The position numbers were made by a program, and so were the translations under genes. From positions 1 through 29,897 of IMG/VR virus record IMGVR_UViG_3300021121_000019: a stretch of 29,897 nt of DNA. One strand, given 5' to 3'. The stretch is from a virus (taxonomy: Duplodnaviria; Caudoviricetes). Positions 8,010-16,321 of this stretch are shown piece by piece (the first letter of the stretch is position 1; each line of letters starts with the position of its first letter). A model generated the notes under the pieces. That model did not search any database and was not told where the DNA came from. It was given only the letters and a program-made list of their open reading frames with translations.

Positions 8010-8678
8010 TTAGCAAATCTTGCCGCCACGTTTTTTGGTATTGATCAATGGGCCAGTACCAATTGTATTGCCCTTCATTGTAGGATTCATACCGCGGGTA
8101 TGACCCTTTTCTTGGACAGCGTGCTCGCCAAACTTCTTGTTGCCACGCTTCAAATCGTGACCCTTTTCCATGTGGCCAGGCTCCATACGTTGCTCGGAAA
8201 TGTGACCACCACCAGCGTAGTGATGTTTAGCCATAGCTTTACCGCCATGCTTAAGCACCTTTTCGCCCATCTCTTTTGAGTGTGGCTCGCCTTTTTCCAT
8301 AGTCTTGCCGCCGGCTTTCATCGCCATTTTCAGGTGATGATGTGCCATCTTCATGTGGTGATGGTGATCTTCATGGTGAGCTTTACCACCATGCTTCATG
8401 CCCATTCCACCCATAGGAGCTGCAGGCATAGCCGCAGGAGCTGCTGCTCTGGGCTTTCTTGCTGCTTTCATCATCATAGCTGCGGCCATAGGGTTCAGGC
8501 CGCCTGCTGCCATTTTCTTCTCGTGCTTCATAGTACCACCTTGTTTAAATTTGCGGCCTGTATCCGCTTTGCTAAAATGCTCTCCCACTTTCTGAGAGAC
8601 TCCGACTTTCTTGGCGAACGCTGGATTGTGAGCCACCGCCTCCATGAAATTGTGTTGCTTCTTACTGGTTGACGGCAT
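8010..8678 (-). CDS. Lys/His/Met/Gly-rich protein with seven xxxGG motifs
   Basis: 222 aa starting MPSTSKKQHNFM; GGAGA RBS; motifs FKQGG, MAAGG, MKHGG, MKAGG, LKHGG, YAGGG, KKRGG. Confidence 0.8.
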   Translation of the reverse strand: MPSTSKKQHNFMEAVAHNPAFAKKVGVSQKVGEHFSKADTGRKFKQGGTMKHEKKMAAGGLNPMAAAMMMKAARKPRAAAPAAMPAAPMGGMGMKHGGKAHHEDHHHHMKMAHHHLKMAMKAGGKTMEKGEPHSKEMGEKVLKHGGKAMAKHHYAGGGHISEQRMEPGHMEKGHDLKRGNKKFGEHAVQEKGHTRGMNPTMKGNTIGTGPLINTKKRGGKIC

Positions 8679-8910
8679 GATATTTCTCCATCAATCTGTC
8701 AAGCTTTTCGTCCAACTTGTCCAAACGATCCAGAACTCTGTTTATATCCGCATGGACTTCTGCTTTTGTCACATACTCTTTGGCTATCTCTTCCCGAGTA
8801 CGATTGAGCAAAATAGTTACCCGTTGCAATTCTGCGGATTTCTCTCTCAATACCCATCCTAAAACTGCGACAAGAAAGGAGAGAATTGCATTCCATACCA
8901 TCGTTTCCAT
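8662..8910 (-). CDS. Single-TM coiled-coil membrane protein (holin/anti-holin-like, uncertain)
   Basis: Start reassigned to 8910 (TGATG overlap with the upstream stop); METMVWNAILSFLVAVLGWVL followed by heptad RLDKLDEKLDRL. Confidence 0.65.
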   Translation of the reverse strand: METMVWNAILSFLVAVLGWVLREKSAELQRVTILLNRTREEIAKEYVTKAEVHADINRVLDRLDKLDEKLDRLMEKYHAVNQ

Positions 8911-9197
8911 CAGACAAACTTTCCTTTTGTATGGCCTTTTACAGCACATCCATCAGCACATTTCCATACACGCAGACTTTTATTGATTCTGCTATTTGGA
9001 TCGTTTGCCGTCTTGGATGAAGTCAACTTCTTTTTCATACCTTCCATCCTGGCACAAAAGCTTTTCTTCCTTGATCCGCCCTCGGGTTGGGGAGCTTTTA
9101 AATGCATCCCCTCCTTCCTTGCGGATGCCCGGCCTTTGGCGTTTAAGCCTCCGTTCGGATTCTTCCCTTCCTTGCGTTGCCATGCTGGGGTACTCAT
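8910..9197 (-). CDS. Basic phage protein, DUF6321-like, with C-terminal GCAVKGHTKG extension
   Basis: MSTPAWQRKEGKNPNGGLNAKGRAS...RKKSFCARM...DPNSRINKSLRVWKC. Start reassigned to 9197, just after the upstream stop. Confidence 0.7.
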   Translation of the reverse strand: MSTPAWQRKEGKNPNGGLNAKGRASARKEGMHLKAPQPEGGSRKKSFCARMEGMKKKLTSSKTANDPNSRINKSLRVWKCADGCAVKGHTKGKFV

Positions 9198-9199
9198 GA

Positions 9200-11785
9200 T
9201 TAAGCCATCGCTTCTTGACAAACAACATTAATCTGAAGATTCACTCCACTGCTATTTGAACAAGTAACCGCAACCGTCAGAATGTCAGCTACGTTACCTC
9301 TTACGTTTGTAAGAACAGGGAAGAAGTTGGTCAAATCAAGCTGTTGCAAACCATTAGGAGGGGTTGAGAATGCATACACAACCTCACCGCCAGACAATGA
9401 TGTAGCAGTCAAATCTTGTTCAGCAAACGAGTTATATGAACCCAATGTGTTCAAAGGTACAAAGTTTGCCTGAGACAAAGATAGCTGATTAGTGGGAGTG
9501 CTAGAGATCAACTCAACCAAACAAGTTTGTGAAGAGTTCAATAGCAAAGTTTGTGGCAGTAACTGACCACGATCAATCAATCCAATTTGGTAGTTGTTAC
9601 CTGATGCAGGAGCATTTGCCATTGGCAAGCCAGTAACAATATCTTGGAATGTAATAGTGCTTACGGTATTTGATGTAATCCTTGCGGTATAAGGAGAAAC
9701 AATCGTAGCACCAGAACTATAGTTGCCAGGATTCACATTACCCCAGTTAACTGAGATAGCAGTTGTCGATGCAACACCAGCACTATAGACAGTATTAACG
9801 GAGAATATTCCATTCATGCCAGCAGGTGTGGCTCCGCTAATATAGATCACGTCACCTTGTTTCAAATTATGAGCAGAGCTAAACGTGATTGTAGATGTGT
9901 AGTTTGTCAAGCCAGCAATAGTAGAACTAGCAGGATTACTGATAGTGCTAACTGAAGGCATACTTGCTTGGTAGTAAACAAACTTACCAACAAACTGATT
10001 CACACCCCAATAGGTTGCTGTTGGATTGGTAGTAGCCGTTACACCATTCTGAAGAATGATTGGCAATACCATTGTGGTTGTGCTTGGGATATTTTGGATC
10101 AGCCAAGTTTGGGCAGCATACGTTGTTGTGGCAGTTAAAGTGCCAGACAATGTGCCTTGAGCTGAACTCATTTGATAAGTACCAGCTACACCAGGTGTTC
10201 CAAACGCAATACTTGTTCCACTTGTAATCGCAGCAGTAGTAAATGCAGATATCACAATGGTTGTTCCATTGATCTGTTGAACATAAGCGCCAGCAGGAAT
10301 TCCAGTAGCAGAAACAATTTGACCAACTACAACACCAGATGCTGAAGTGATTGGAATAATGTTTGCACCTATGGCCACATTAGCTGCCGTAGTTGTTGTA
10401 GCTGCGGTTGCTGTTGATGTCAACTGCTGAACAATTGTGCTACCTGCAACTGTACCAGTACCAGATAAAACTGCTCCAGCTTGGAATACCCCAGAAGCTG
10501 CGGCAGTAATAGTCAATGTAGTGCCAGCAGCACTATAGTTACCAGTAGTAGATGTGCCAACTTCAGTAAAAGAGCTAAGCGTAATGTACTGAGCAGGATT
10601 GTTAGCTTGTGCAGTATTAGTCACGGCATAACCATGAGCTGATGCAAAAGTTAATAATGCTTGTCCATTGTTTGCTTGACCAACAACAGAGTTAATAGCT
10701 GGTGTAGCACCGCTAGATCCAATAGTCAAAGTGCTATTTGTACCACTAGAAATGGCCGCATTTGTTTGATCAAACACATCCGTTCCTATAGCTCTCATAC
10801 GAAAAGACATTGCAGGATATCGAGTGATTGCAGTAGATGGCGATCTAGTCTGCGTCTTAGCATCGTTACCATATGAATAGGTAAATCCACGCTGTCTATC
10901 AATTGAACCCTCAATCAATACTGAAACACCATAGTGAGTCATTACTGATGGAGCACCCGTTCCATTGTCTCTTTGCTCGTAACGTACTGGCAAGTTACCT
11001 GTACGGCTCCAAGGTGTAGTTTGTGGAGTATTGGCTCCGCTTGTTTTATTAAGCAAGCCATTACCTGTTCCAACTTGATGAAGAACCCAAGGCTCACCAT
11101 CAATCACAACACCCCAGCGGCAAGCACCAGCTCCATACCATGCATACTCCATCCATATCATTTGAACCAAACTCCAGTTCAAAGCATCACGGATTTTTTG
11201 ATTTCCATTCCATTGGTCAGCAGGGAATACTGTATCTACAGGTAAACCACCTGAGTCTGAACGTATAACAACGCTCATACCATATGGATTTACAGTACCC
11301 CCACCAGTACCAGACTGCATAAAGAATATGCCGTTTGAATCATCAAAGATACCAACACGTTGGAATTGACCGCTTACAGAAGCTCCAAAGTTAACATTGG
11401 AAGCCATGTAAAAAGTCTTACCAGGCTGATATCTGTGATAGGGACGTGATTGACGAATAGTGATATCGCCGGGAGATGCAGCACCTCCGATGGTCATGGT
11501 TACGCCACCAAGACCGGGGTTTTGCACAATTGATGCTTGACCTGATGCATTGTTAATGACGTTTTCCCAACGCAAAGGTTGTACGCCATACTCAAAGTCA
11601 GCATCATAAATATTTTGTGATTGACTAACTTTTAACTTACCAACAACATCACGCAGACGTTGAGGCGCTAAAAACTGGGCTGATCCATCAATACCAACCA
11701 AAGGAGTAGTAGCAGACTGTGGGCCTAATCCACCTGTTTGTTGGCCACCACTGAAAAAATTAATTAGACCAAGGCTTAACGACAT
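9200..11785 (-). CDS. Large virion surface protein with internal Thr/Ser/Ala-rich repeat domains
   Basis: 861 aa; globular N-domain (IRQSRPYHRYQPGK, EYAWYGAG, NLPVRYE) followed by about 390 aa of beta-rich modules, including TITFSSAHNLKQGDVIYISG (E1 FCCH-like pattern). Confidence 0.7.
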   Translation of the reverse strand: MSLSLGLINFFSGGQQTGGLGPQSATTPLVGIDGSAQFLAPQRLRDVVGKLKVSQSQNIYDADFEYGVQPLRWENVINNASGQASIVQNPGLGGVTMTIGGAASPGDITIRQSRPYHRYQPGKTFYMASNVNFGASVSGQFQRVGIFDDSNGIFFMQSGTGGGTVNPYGMSVVIRSDSGGLPVDTVFPADQWNGNQKIRDALNWSLVQMIWMEYAWYGAGACRWGVVIDGEPWVLHQVGTGNGLLNKTSGANTPQTTPWSRTGNLPVRYEQRDNGTGAPSVMTHYGVSVLIEGSIDRQRGFTYSYGNDAKTQTRSPSTAITRYPAMSFRMRAIGTDVFDQTNAAISSGTNSTLTIGSSGATPAINSVVGQANNGQALLTFASAHGYAVTNTAQANNPAQYITLSSFTEVGTSTTGNYSAAGTTLTITAAASGVFQAGAVLSGTGTVAGSTIVQQLTSTATAATTTTAANVAIGANIIPITSASGVVVGQIVSATGIPAGAYVQQINGTTIVISAFTTAAITSGTSIAFGTPGVAGTYQMSSAQGTLSGTLTATTTYAAQTWLIQNIPSTTTMVLPIILQNGVTATTNPTATYWGVNQFVGKFVYYQASMPSVSTISNPASSTIAGLTNYTSTITFSSAHNLKQGDVIYISGATPAGMNGIFSVNTVYSAGVASTTAISVNWGNVNPGNYSSGATIVSPYTARITSNTVSTITFQDIVTGLPMANAPASGNNYQIGLIDRGQLLPQTLLLNSSQTCLVELISSTPTNQLSLSQANFVPLNTLGSYNSFAEQDLTATSLSGGEVVYAFSTPPNGLQQLDLTNFFPVLTNVRGNVADILTVAVTCSNSSGVNLQINVVCQEAMA

Positions 11786-11804
11786 AATAACTCCAAAAAA
11801 ATGT

Positions 11805-11829
11805 TTAAAGAAAGGGGCCGTAGCCCCTA
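11805..11829 (-). terminator. Rho-independent terminator
   Basis: AGGGGC-TACG-GCCCCT followed by TTCTTT on the minus strand; C(UACG)G tetraloop. Confidence 0.75.
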
Positions 11830-11833
11830 TTCA

Positions 11834-12565
11834 TTAATCGAAGTTGCCGTATGGGTAAGTCGTAGAGTTACCAATGTTAGGATCGGCTTGTGTATAACGC
11901 ACGATAATGTTGTATTTACCAGCGGTAAATGGAGCAGCACCGTTAGCGCCTGATACGTTGGTTGCCAAAGTAACAACAATTTGTGATACCAAAGATCCGT
12001 TATTGTCGGTATTAGCGCCAGTAGGATTTGTGATGTCACCTGTTGTTCCAGCAATCAAGTTGTTCAACTGGGCAACTGTGTACTCAGATGTCAAGCTTTG
12101 ACGTCCAGCAGTAAATGTTGTGCTAGATGTGCCCAACTGAGCATACTTAGCAGTACCACCAGAAGCAGTAAAGCCGTTGCTCACCAACACTTCCATACCA
12201 GTAACAGTACCAGTTGTCAAAGTCTGTACTGCAGGAACATCAACAATGATGTCACGGATGATTGATCCATAAGGAACATACACAACACCACCACGATAAA
12301 TGATCGTGCCTGTGTCAGCAGTAATGGTAGCAGCTGTTGGAGGATATACAGTAGATGAAGATGTATATACAGTAGCAGGTGCGTTAGGAATGCCATTTGA
12401 AGTAACGAACTGTTGATTGCCACCAGAGTAACCAGCGGTATAAGCAGTTGTATTTGTTAAATCAAAATAAAGAGATTGAACGCTCTCTACATAACCTACG
12501 TTACGCAGTGCGCCAAAACGATTGTTACCCTGAAGAATTGGGCCTTCAAATGTACTACGAGCCAT
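11834..12565 (-). CDS. Putative capsid decoration/fibre protein
   Basis: 243 aa starting MARSTFEGP, Thr/Gly-rich, directly downstream of the major capsid gene. Confidence 0.65.
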   Translation of the reverse strand: MARSTFEGPILQGNNRFGALRNVGYVESVQSLYFDLTNTTAYTAGYSGGNQQFVTSNGIPNAPATVYTSSSTVYPPTAATITADTGTIIYRGGVVYVPYGSIIRDIIVDVPAVQTLTTGTVTGMEVLVSNGFTASGGTAKYAQLGTSSTTFTAGRQSLTSEYTVAQLNNLIAGTTGDITNPTGANTDNNGSLVSQIVVTLATNVSGANGAAPFTAGKYNIIVRYTQADPNIGNSTTYPYGNFD

Positions 12566-12569
12566 GATA

Positions 12570-12650
12570 AATCCTTATGCAAAAGCCTCTTGTTAATCGT
12601 TGCATCGTCTGCTGGGCCAGTGGCAACAAGAGTAAACTCCCAGATGCATT
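12570..12650 (-). ncRNA. Candidate pseudoknotted cis-regulatory RNA leader
   Basis: Crossing complementary segments CUGGG/CCCAG, CUCUUGUU/AACAAGAG and AUGCAA/UUGCAU, the last abutting the SD AAGGA. Confidence 0.55.
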
Positions 12651-12651
12651 A

Positions 12652-12679
12652 AATATACACTAAATTCAAAAAGTGTCAA
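12652..12679 (-). promoter_or_regulatory. Sigma70-like promoter
   Basis: TTGACA-N16-TATATT on the minus strand immediately after the capsid terminator. Confidence 0.55.
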
Positions 12680-12680
12680 C

Positions 12681-12710
12681 AAAAAAAAGGGGGTATTTAC
12701 ACCCCCTTTT
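12681..12710 (-). terminator. Rho-independent terminator after the major capsid gene
   Basis: AAAAGGGGGT-GTAAAT-ACCCCCTTTT plus an extended T run. Confidence 0.85.
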
Positions 12711-12717
12711 CCCACCA

Positions 12718-13629
12718 TCAGAATGAACCTGAAGAACCCCAAACTCCGAGGGGATCAGACCAACCGAATGAATAACGCTCGCGGGCTTTGTAGCGCACGT
12801 TACCTGTATCGAAATCACCGTCCATTGAATTCTGGAGGGGAGTACGAACAAAGTGCTTCAAGCCGTTGGGTACGTCTGTAGTCAAGAACCAAGCATTAAC
12901 GTCAGTCAAGAAGTGGTTGATTGTGTATCCCTCGGGGATAGAACCATTGTTCTCAATTGCGTTGATGTCGTTGTTGTTTGTACCAACACGCAGTTTTGTA
13001 TCGAGCAAACGGGTTGCTACGAACTGCAATGAAGGAGGAACAATCAACTTCTTGGGCTTAGCGGCGATCAAAAGACCACGCTCATCTGTCCAACCAGCGA
13101 TCTGAATAACTGCGCTCTCAAGAGAGGTTTCATTCAAGTCAGCTTGGGTTGTAGGAGTGTTGGAGTTTGTACCACCATTCACCAATGGGTGAGCAGTAGA
13201 GAACAAAGCAACACCGTCACCACCAACATAGCTAGAGTTGAATCCATTGTTCAGAGTGGAAGCACCTTTAACTTGCTTGGTGTATGCCATAGCACGAGCC
13301 AAACCTTTGGTGTAACGGCCAGACAAGCTGTCGTACAAGTTATCTTCAATCGCCTCTTCAGTGATTGAGAAACCCAAAGCAATAGTTTCGTGGTTATAGC
13401 GAGTTGTCCATGCCTCTTGTGCATTGTCATAACTGATGGCTGTGCCCTCATTTTTGACTGGTGCAGCTGAGAAGCCAGACAGTTTAGTTTCTTCCTCGAA
13501 TGAACGCTCAGAAGTCTCTGTTTCGTAGATTTCTTTGTGCTCTTCGCCATAACGTGCATACTCTAAACCGAACAATGCGTTCAAGCCTGGGAGCAGCTCT
13601 TTCAATAATTGTGCGCGTGAAATAGCCAT
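12718..13629 (-). CDS. Major capsid protein (Mu gpT-like family)
   Basis: MAISRAQLLKELLPGLNALFGLEY...GGDGVALFSTAHP...KKLIVPP...NVRYKARERYSFG; strong AAGGAG RBS; followed by a terminator. Confidence 0.9.
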   Translation of the reverse strand: MAISRAQLLKELLPGLNALFGLEYARYGEEHKEIYETETSERSFEEETKLSGFSAAPVKNEGTAISYDNAQEAWTTRYNHETIALGFSITEEAIEDNLYDSLSGRYTKGLARAMAYTKQVKGASTLNNGFNSSYVGGDGVALFSTAHPLVNGGTNSNTPTTQADLNETSLESAVIQIAGWTDERGLLIAAKPKKLIVPPSLQFVATRLLDTKLRVGTNNNDINAIENNGSIPEGYTINHFLTDVNAWFLTTDVPNGLKHFVRTPLQNSMDGDFDTGNVRYKARERYSFGWSDPLGVWGSSGSF

Positions 13630-13644
13630 TTGTTAGCTCCTTAA

Positions 13645-14505
13645 TTAAACGCCAGTAGCGTTGAAGTAGCTATGGAAACCAAAGTTCCAAGTTACCAACA
13701 CTTCGGGATAGCCAGTGAATGAGAATGTAGCGGCAGACGATTGTGCGGTTGTTACTGCACGATTGATTGTCACTGTTGTACCGTTAACGGTAGTCACATA
13801 GGTGTTTGAACCTGCGTTGATACCGGGGCCAGATACTACCATTCCAGGATAGATTGCACTATTGCTTGAAGACAATGTGATTGTCGTAGAGCTAGTAGTT
13901 GCATTCTGAGTAACGGTCACTGCTGTATCAGGGACAATACCCACGATACGGAAGGGAGCACCACCAGTTGCTGGAGTAATAGCAGATGTGGTTGTAGCTG
14001 AAGCTGACAATGCAATACCACCAGCTGAATCGCCAGTAGTAGTTGAACCGCCCGCACCAGAGTAGAAGCCATTGGCGCCAATGAAAGCGTTGTTGGCGTA
14101 AAGAATCGTTGTGCTTTGTGCAGAGCCACCGTTAACAACGGCTGCTTTGAACACTGCTTGAGGATCATCCACCACATAGCCAACTGCATCAGGTGCAGTA
14201 GTACTAGCTTGCCAATATTGGAAACGGTTTTTACCGTAAATTGGGCCGCCAGTTGTAGAGTACTCACAACCAACAAACACGCCAATCGTTCCATTGGAAG
14301 CTGATGTGCTGCTATATGTAAGACCAGTAGTTACCAAAGCACCGATATTATTACCAGTACCGAGGTCAACAACGTCACCGTTGAAGAGAGATGTGCTGTA
14401 ACCATTAACGATAGGGAACATTCTGGTTGAGCCAGAATATACACGACCACCAATCAGGTTAACAGGCTTTAGCCCGTAAGGGGCAGAGACTGTTGGATAA
14501 GCCAT
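13645..14505 (-). CDS. Capsid-associated (cement/decoration-like) protein with inserted beta domain
   Basis: APYGLKPV...FNGDVV...GVFVGCEY...VVDDP motif, located between scaffold region and capsid gene; insertion at about 13717-13920. Confidence 0.65.
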   Translation of the reverse strand: MAYPTVSAPYGLKPVNLIGGRVYSGSTRMFPIVNGYSTSLFNGDVVDLGTGNNIGALVTTGLTYSSTSASNGTIGVFVGCEYSTTGGPIYGKNRFQYWQASTTAPDAVGYVVDDPQAVFKAAVVNGGSAQSTTILYANNAFIGANGFYSGAGGSTTTGDSAGGIALSASATTTSAITPATGGAPFRIVGIVPDTAVTVTQNATTSSTTITLSSSNSAIYPGMVVSGPGINAGSNTYVTTVNGTTVTINRAVTTAQSSAATFSFTGYPEVLVTWNFGFHSYFNATGV

Positions 14506-14523
14506 TTAAGGACTCCTAAAAAA

Positions 14524-14973
14524 TTATCGACCGATTGTTGTCTCGCTACGTCTCTCTTTGAAAAGAGGCATACGAGGATCATTGTTTCGCATAAAAGTAT
14601 TGTCAACTGAATCCATCTGAGCCTTGGCTTGAGAGGCGTAATACTCCTCCCTCTGCTTGATAAACTCTTCAGGAATACGGCATAACAATAATCCACCAAC
14701 TTCAATATTGCCTTTGAATCGGCCTTCTTGTGTGGCGTGCATCATCATTTCAGGATAATCTTCTGCTCTTACAGGCTCATAGCCCTCTCTAAGTTTAGAA
14801 GAAATATTAGCAGGGTCAGATGCGCCCATCATGCTAATACGAATATATCGATGAACCCAACCGGGTCTAGGGTCTGGCATCGGTAGAACTTCTGGCGGCC
14901 TCCACGATTGTGGGCGGTAGCTTTGAACTTCCCGTGTTTCAGTCTCTCTTGGTTTACGGTTTTGTTCTGACAT
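14524..14973 (-). CDS. Conserved head-module hypothetical protein
   Basis: 149 aa; W.PP..LP.P.PRPGW..RYIR...KLREGYEPV...VGGLLLCRIP. Confidence 0.75.
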   Translation of the reverse strand: MSEQNRKPRETETREVQSYRPQSWRPPEVLPMPDPRPGWVHRYIRISMMGASDPANISSKLREGYEPVRAEDYPEMMMHATQEGRFKGNIEVGGLLLCRIPEEFIKQREEYYASQAKAQMDSVDNTFMRNNDPRMPLFKERRSETTIGR

Positions 14974-14974
14974 A

Positions 14975-15907
14975 TCAATTATTCCTCATTGATTCAACTA
15001 CTGAACGTGCGTACACATCCAGCGGGACACCTAGCTTCTTAGCAAGAGCAACTTGCCGTGTAGTAAGTGTGACTTTTTTAGGAGCAGTGCTCCGAGTCGC
15101 AGGCGCAACCACATTCGATTTAGTTTTACGCTGCTCCCTAACGGGCTCTTCGTATGACTCCTGTTCGAATGACTCAGGAAACACACTGCGTAAGCGAGAA
15201 TTTAACTTCTCGTAGTATTCATCGGATCTAGGATCAACTCCTTGTTTGACCAACTTAGAATGATAGCCCAGTGCAAAACTGGTCATCTCATCATCTTCGC
15301 CAAACCAGGGGTTATCCTGTTTCCAAGCAGCGGCCTTTTGATCGACCGCAGGTTGTTCAGGTTGTATTTGTACCTCATTTTCAGGCTCCTGTACAGGGGG
15401 CTTGAAATTATTTACACGTTCCAACTTGATTTTGGCACTCGTAAGAGCGTCATTCGCCTCAACCACAGCGTCAGTATTTCCCAACTCATAGGCTTCTCTG
15501 TACTTGCGTTTAGCCTCTTCCACCTCATTTGACACGACTTTTTTAGCCTGTTCCAACAAAGCTTGTTGACCAACACTCAAAGATCCTTTGAGCTTTTTGT
15601 TCTCTTCAGCAATAGATCGAGCAAATTTAATTGCATCTTCTTTCTCTTTTTGAGCCAGTTCAGCCCTTCTGCGCTCATCGTGATAGCCCTTTTGGAGCTC
15701 ACCCATGCGCTTTTTGACCTTATCACTGTACTCAGATAGCTCATCTTCAGTCACCTCTTTGGGCTTGAAGACAAACTTCTCAACCTTTTTTTCCTCTTTG
15801 GTGCGGTCATCAATGATCTCAATCTCGGGTTCGTCCTCAATCTCGACCTCAATTTTTTCCTCTACCGCATTCTCCTCATCAGGAAACTTAAACTCTTTTG
15901 TATCCAT
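14975..15907 (-). CDS. Putative capsid scaffolding protein
   Basis: Acidic N-terminus, long coiled coil, W...NPWFG, C-terminal VTLT..QVALAKKLGVPL..YA; located between portal and capsid genes. Confidence 0.75.
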   Translation of the reverse strand: MDTKEFKFPDEENAVEEKIEVEIEDEPEIEIIDDRTKEEKKVEKFVFKPKEVTEDELSEYSDKVKKRMGELQKGYHDERRRAELAQKEKEDAIKFARSIAEENKKLKGSLSVGQQALLEQAKKVVSNEVEEAKRKYREAYELGNTDAVVEANDALTSAKIKLERVNNFKPPVQEPENEVQIQPEQPAVDQKAAAWKQDNPWFGEDDEMTSFALGYHSKLVKQGVDPRSDEYYEKLNSRLRSVFPESFEQESYEEPVREQRKTKSNVVAPATRSTAPKKVTLTTRQVALAKKLGVPLDVYARSVVESMRNN

Positions 15908-15916
15908 ACATTCTCC

Positions 15917-16321
15917 TTAAGCAGCACGACTAATGCCGCGAGGATCTTGAACTACGGCTTCAACTTGGTCATCCTTGATGAGCCTAAATTCTTTACCGTG
16001 AATCTTGATCCTAGTACCCGTGTTAGGGCGCACAATTACAAAATCCCCTGTCTTGCAACTGGGGCCGTTTGGAAACCTTGCTGCATCTTTATATGCATCA
16101 GGGCCGAGTTTGATTACAAACAATACTGGCGATAACACTTCTTCATAGTGCATCGTTGTTCCAGCTTTGAGTAATCCGCTTTCATACTCTTCATCAATCT
16201 CTGGTAAGACTGTGAGAATATGGAAGGTCTGAGGATCAGGTATTTGTCTAGCCTTTTCCTCCGCAGTTTCAGGTAGTGCCGTTGCGGTATTACCGTCTTG
16301 ACTGATTAAAATTTCACTCAT
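15917..16321 (-). CDS. groES: GroES-like co-chaperonin
   Basis: SGLL...VIKLGPDAYKD..RFP.GP.CK.GDFV...G..IKIHGKEFRLIKDDQVEAVV matches the Cpn10 pattern. Start may be 16321 or 16330. Confidence 0.8.
   Translation of the reverse strand: MSEILISQDGNTATALPETAEEKARQIPDPQTFHILTVLPEIDEEYESGLLKAGTTMHYEEVLSPVLFVIKLGPDAYKDAARFPNGPSCKTGDFVIVRPNTGTRIKIHGKEFRLIKDDQVEAVVQDPRGISRAA

Noticed and set aside
7769-8672. Met/Val-rich and Cys/His-rich plus-strand ORFs
   Set aside because: Reverse complement of His codons (CAT/CAC to ATG/GTG); no RBS, and opposite to the operon.
12570-12650. Calling the leader an HDV-like/theta ribozyme or a named riboswitch
   Set aside because: Lacks the HDV L3/P1.1 consensus and an adjacent tRNA; no riboswitch consensus recognised, so kept only as an unnamed candidate.
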